A stretch of 64,000 nt of DNA from Lama glama (lineage: Eukaryota). Within the stretch, counting starts at the first letter, position 1; each line of letters opens with the position of its first letter. Shown here one piece after another: positions 62,560-64,000 of the stretch. Below the pieces are notes generated by a model. That model worked only from the letters and a program-made list of their open reading frames with translations, did not search any database and was not told the DNA's origin. The DNA lies in assembly GCA_028534125.1 (NCBI GenBank), contig CM052851.1, forward strand, positions 38,936,001 through 39,000,000. Reading direction: 5' to 3'. The translations under genes were made by a program, and so were the position numbers.

Positions 62560-62730
62560 GGTAGATGGTGATGGCAGATTTCTAATTTTTCAAGAGAAAC
62601 TAGAATCTGAATTTTTATTTGTGTTTTATATGTACTCACAATTTTTAAAATGTTTGACAACTAATTCAGTTTTTTAAAAACATTAAAGGAAGGCCATATA
62701 AGACATATTTTTGCTCTTGCAAACCACCTG
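62560..62730 (+). mobile_element. hAT MITE fragment (MER102-like)
   Basis: cagatttctaatttttcaagagaaactagaatc...aatttttaaaatgtttgacaactaattcag. Confidence 0.5.
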
Positions 62731-63129
62731 TTAATGTCTTCAGGTATAAACCCTCTTCCCCAGGAGTTTGGAAGCGACGGAATTGTGAGCGGAGCAGCTG
62801 CCAGCTACCGGGGTGGGCGGTGGGAAGGGGTGTTTTGAGATACAGGAACTGAGAGCACACTGAAGACTGAGGAAACTGTTTAGAGGAGACCGTGATAATG
62901 CTTCCACTGGGTCCTGTGATGTGCCTGCTCCTTTGTCGTTGAGGGTCGGTGGTTCTGTGCAGGTTGAAGAAGCTGGGGGTGTGGGAGAAGAGGGGCCGAG
63001 TGTTCATCTTTAATTTGCTCACAGCTGGGCAAACTCTTGGGAAGATGGTCAGTGGTGACCCTTCTTACCTCTCCAAGTCCTCAGAGAGCATGCTGTAGGA
63101 CACAGGTTTTCACAGTTACAGGTGTATAA

Positions 63130-63660
63130 GACTAGCCAAAATGCTTACTGAACATGCACATCCCTAGGCCTCATCCCCATAGATTTTGGATTCCTGTTCA
63201 GGCGGGGGAGCTGAGGCCTGGTACTCTGAATTTTTAACAAGTACCCCTATCAATGTTAAGGAGAGTAAGTGGACAGTAGAGTCAGACAGAGCTGAGTCCA
63301 CATTTATGCCCTCTTCCTTCACTAGGTGAGTGATCTTGGGCCAGTCATCAATCTCTCTGAACCTAAATTTCCTCATCGGAAAATTGAGTCTGTGTTATCA
63401 CCACCTCAGAGAATGGTGAGAGCTGAATTAGAAAGTGATTGGAGGCAGTGCTGAGCCTGACTCAGTGCTGAGGCTCCGGACAGGCCACTTGGGCTGAAAT
63501 TTCTGCCTTGTCATTTTCTAGCTGTGTGACTTGGAGCAAGCGATTTAACTGCTCTGTATCTTGGTTTCCTTGGTAACGTGTAAATAATAATAGTACCCCC
63601 TTCTTAGGGTTGTCACAAGGATTAAATGATTTAATCCTTTAAAATGCTTACAACTTTAAC
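63130..63660 (+). repeat. MER5-like fragment followed by two MIRs
   Basis: ctctgaatttttaacaagtaccc; gatcttgggccagtcatcaatctctctgaacctaaatttcctcatc; ctagctgtgtgacttggagcaagcgatttaac. Confidence 0.7.
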
Positions 63661-64000
63661 CATTATAATTATATAAAGAATCTGGCAGCACCTCTCATAA
63701 TAAACGTACATTTGCTTTCTTTAGGTCCTCTTACTGTGGCTAACAAATAGGTTCACCTCTCTATAAGGCCTTCCTGGCATCTACTTTTTACTTCACTTTT
63801 CTCCCTTTTTACAGTTAGCTTCTCCAGGGCAGGGACTGTGTCTGTCCATTTTTACATCCTAGTGCCTTGCATAGTGCCTCTCATACAGTAAATGGATTGG
63901 AGGGGAGTGCGGGGAATCCAAAAAATGACTAGCTTGGGAGTGAAGAGGGTGCCTTCCAAATACCTAGAGAAGCATGATCTGGAAGAAAAACATTTATTAA

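Noticed and set aside
1-64000. Prokaryotic-type systems (CRISPR arrays, operons, defence islands)
   Set aside because: The sequence is repeat-rich mammalian intron; no regularly spaced direct repeats or gene-dense regions were seen.

Overview
Mammalian genomic DNA, almost certainly camelid (two copies of a tRNA-Ala-derived SINE resembling the camelid vic-1 type, plus a young L1 3' end). There is one 500-N assembly gap at 49911-50410. No multi-exon protein-coding sequence is visible, and nearly all ORFs in the supplied track look spurious. The window reads as the 5' non-coding/intronic part of a large + strand gene. It has an 89-nt internal 5'UTR exon at 20112-20200, a GA-rich promoter with an alternative first exon ending at a strong donor at 20930, and then more than 43 kb of intron. 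From memory these exons match ST5/DENND2B 5'UTR exons; I could not verify this. The rest is rich in ancient repeats (L2, MIR, L1M, CR1/L3, hAT-Charlie, Tigger, mariner, MaLR). I found no evidence of a wholly new biological system. The most notable observations are: (1) a young, TSD-flanked, polyadenylated retro-insert whose cargo is antisense, ancient L1 ORF1 sequence (orphan transduction or retrocopy); (2) strong-Kozak uORFs in both 5' exons, including a 50-aa intron-retention microprotein candidate; (3) a nested concentric palindromic element at about 54.8-55.1 kb; (4) a CpG-enriched candidate antisense promoter/exon at about 61.6-62.0 kb; (5) a perfect 22-bp palindrome at 10933-10954. Repeat family names are by eye and their boundaries are approximate.
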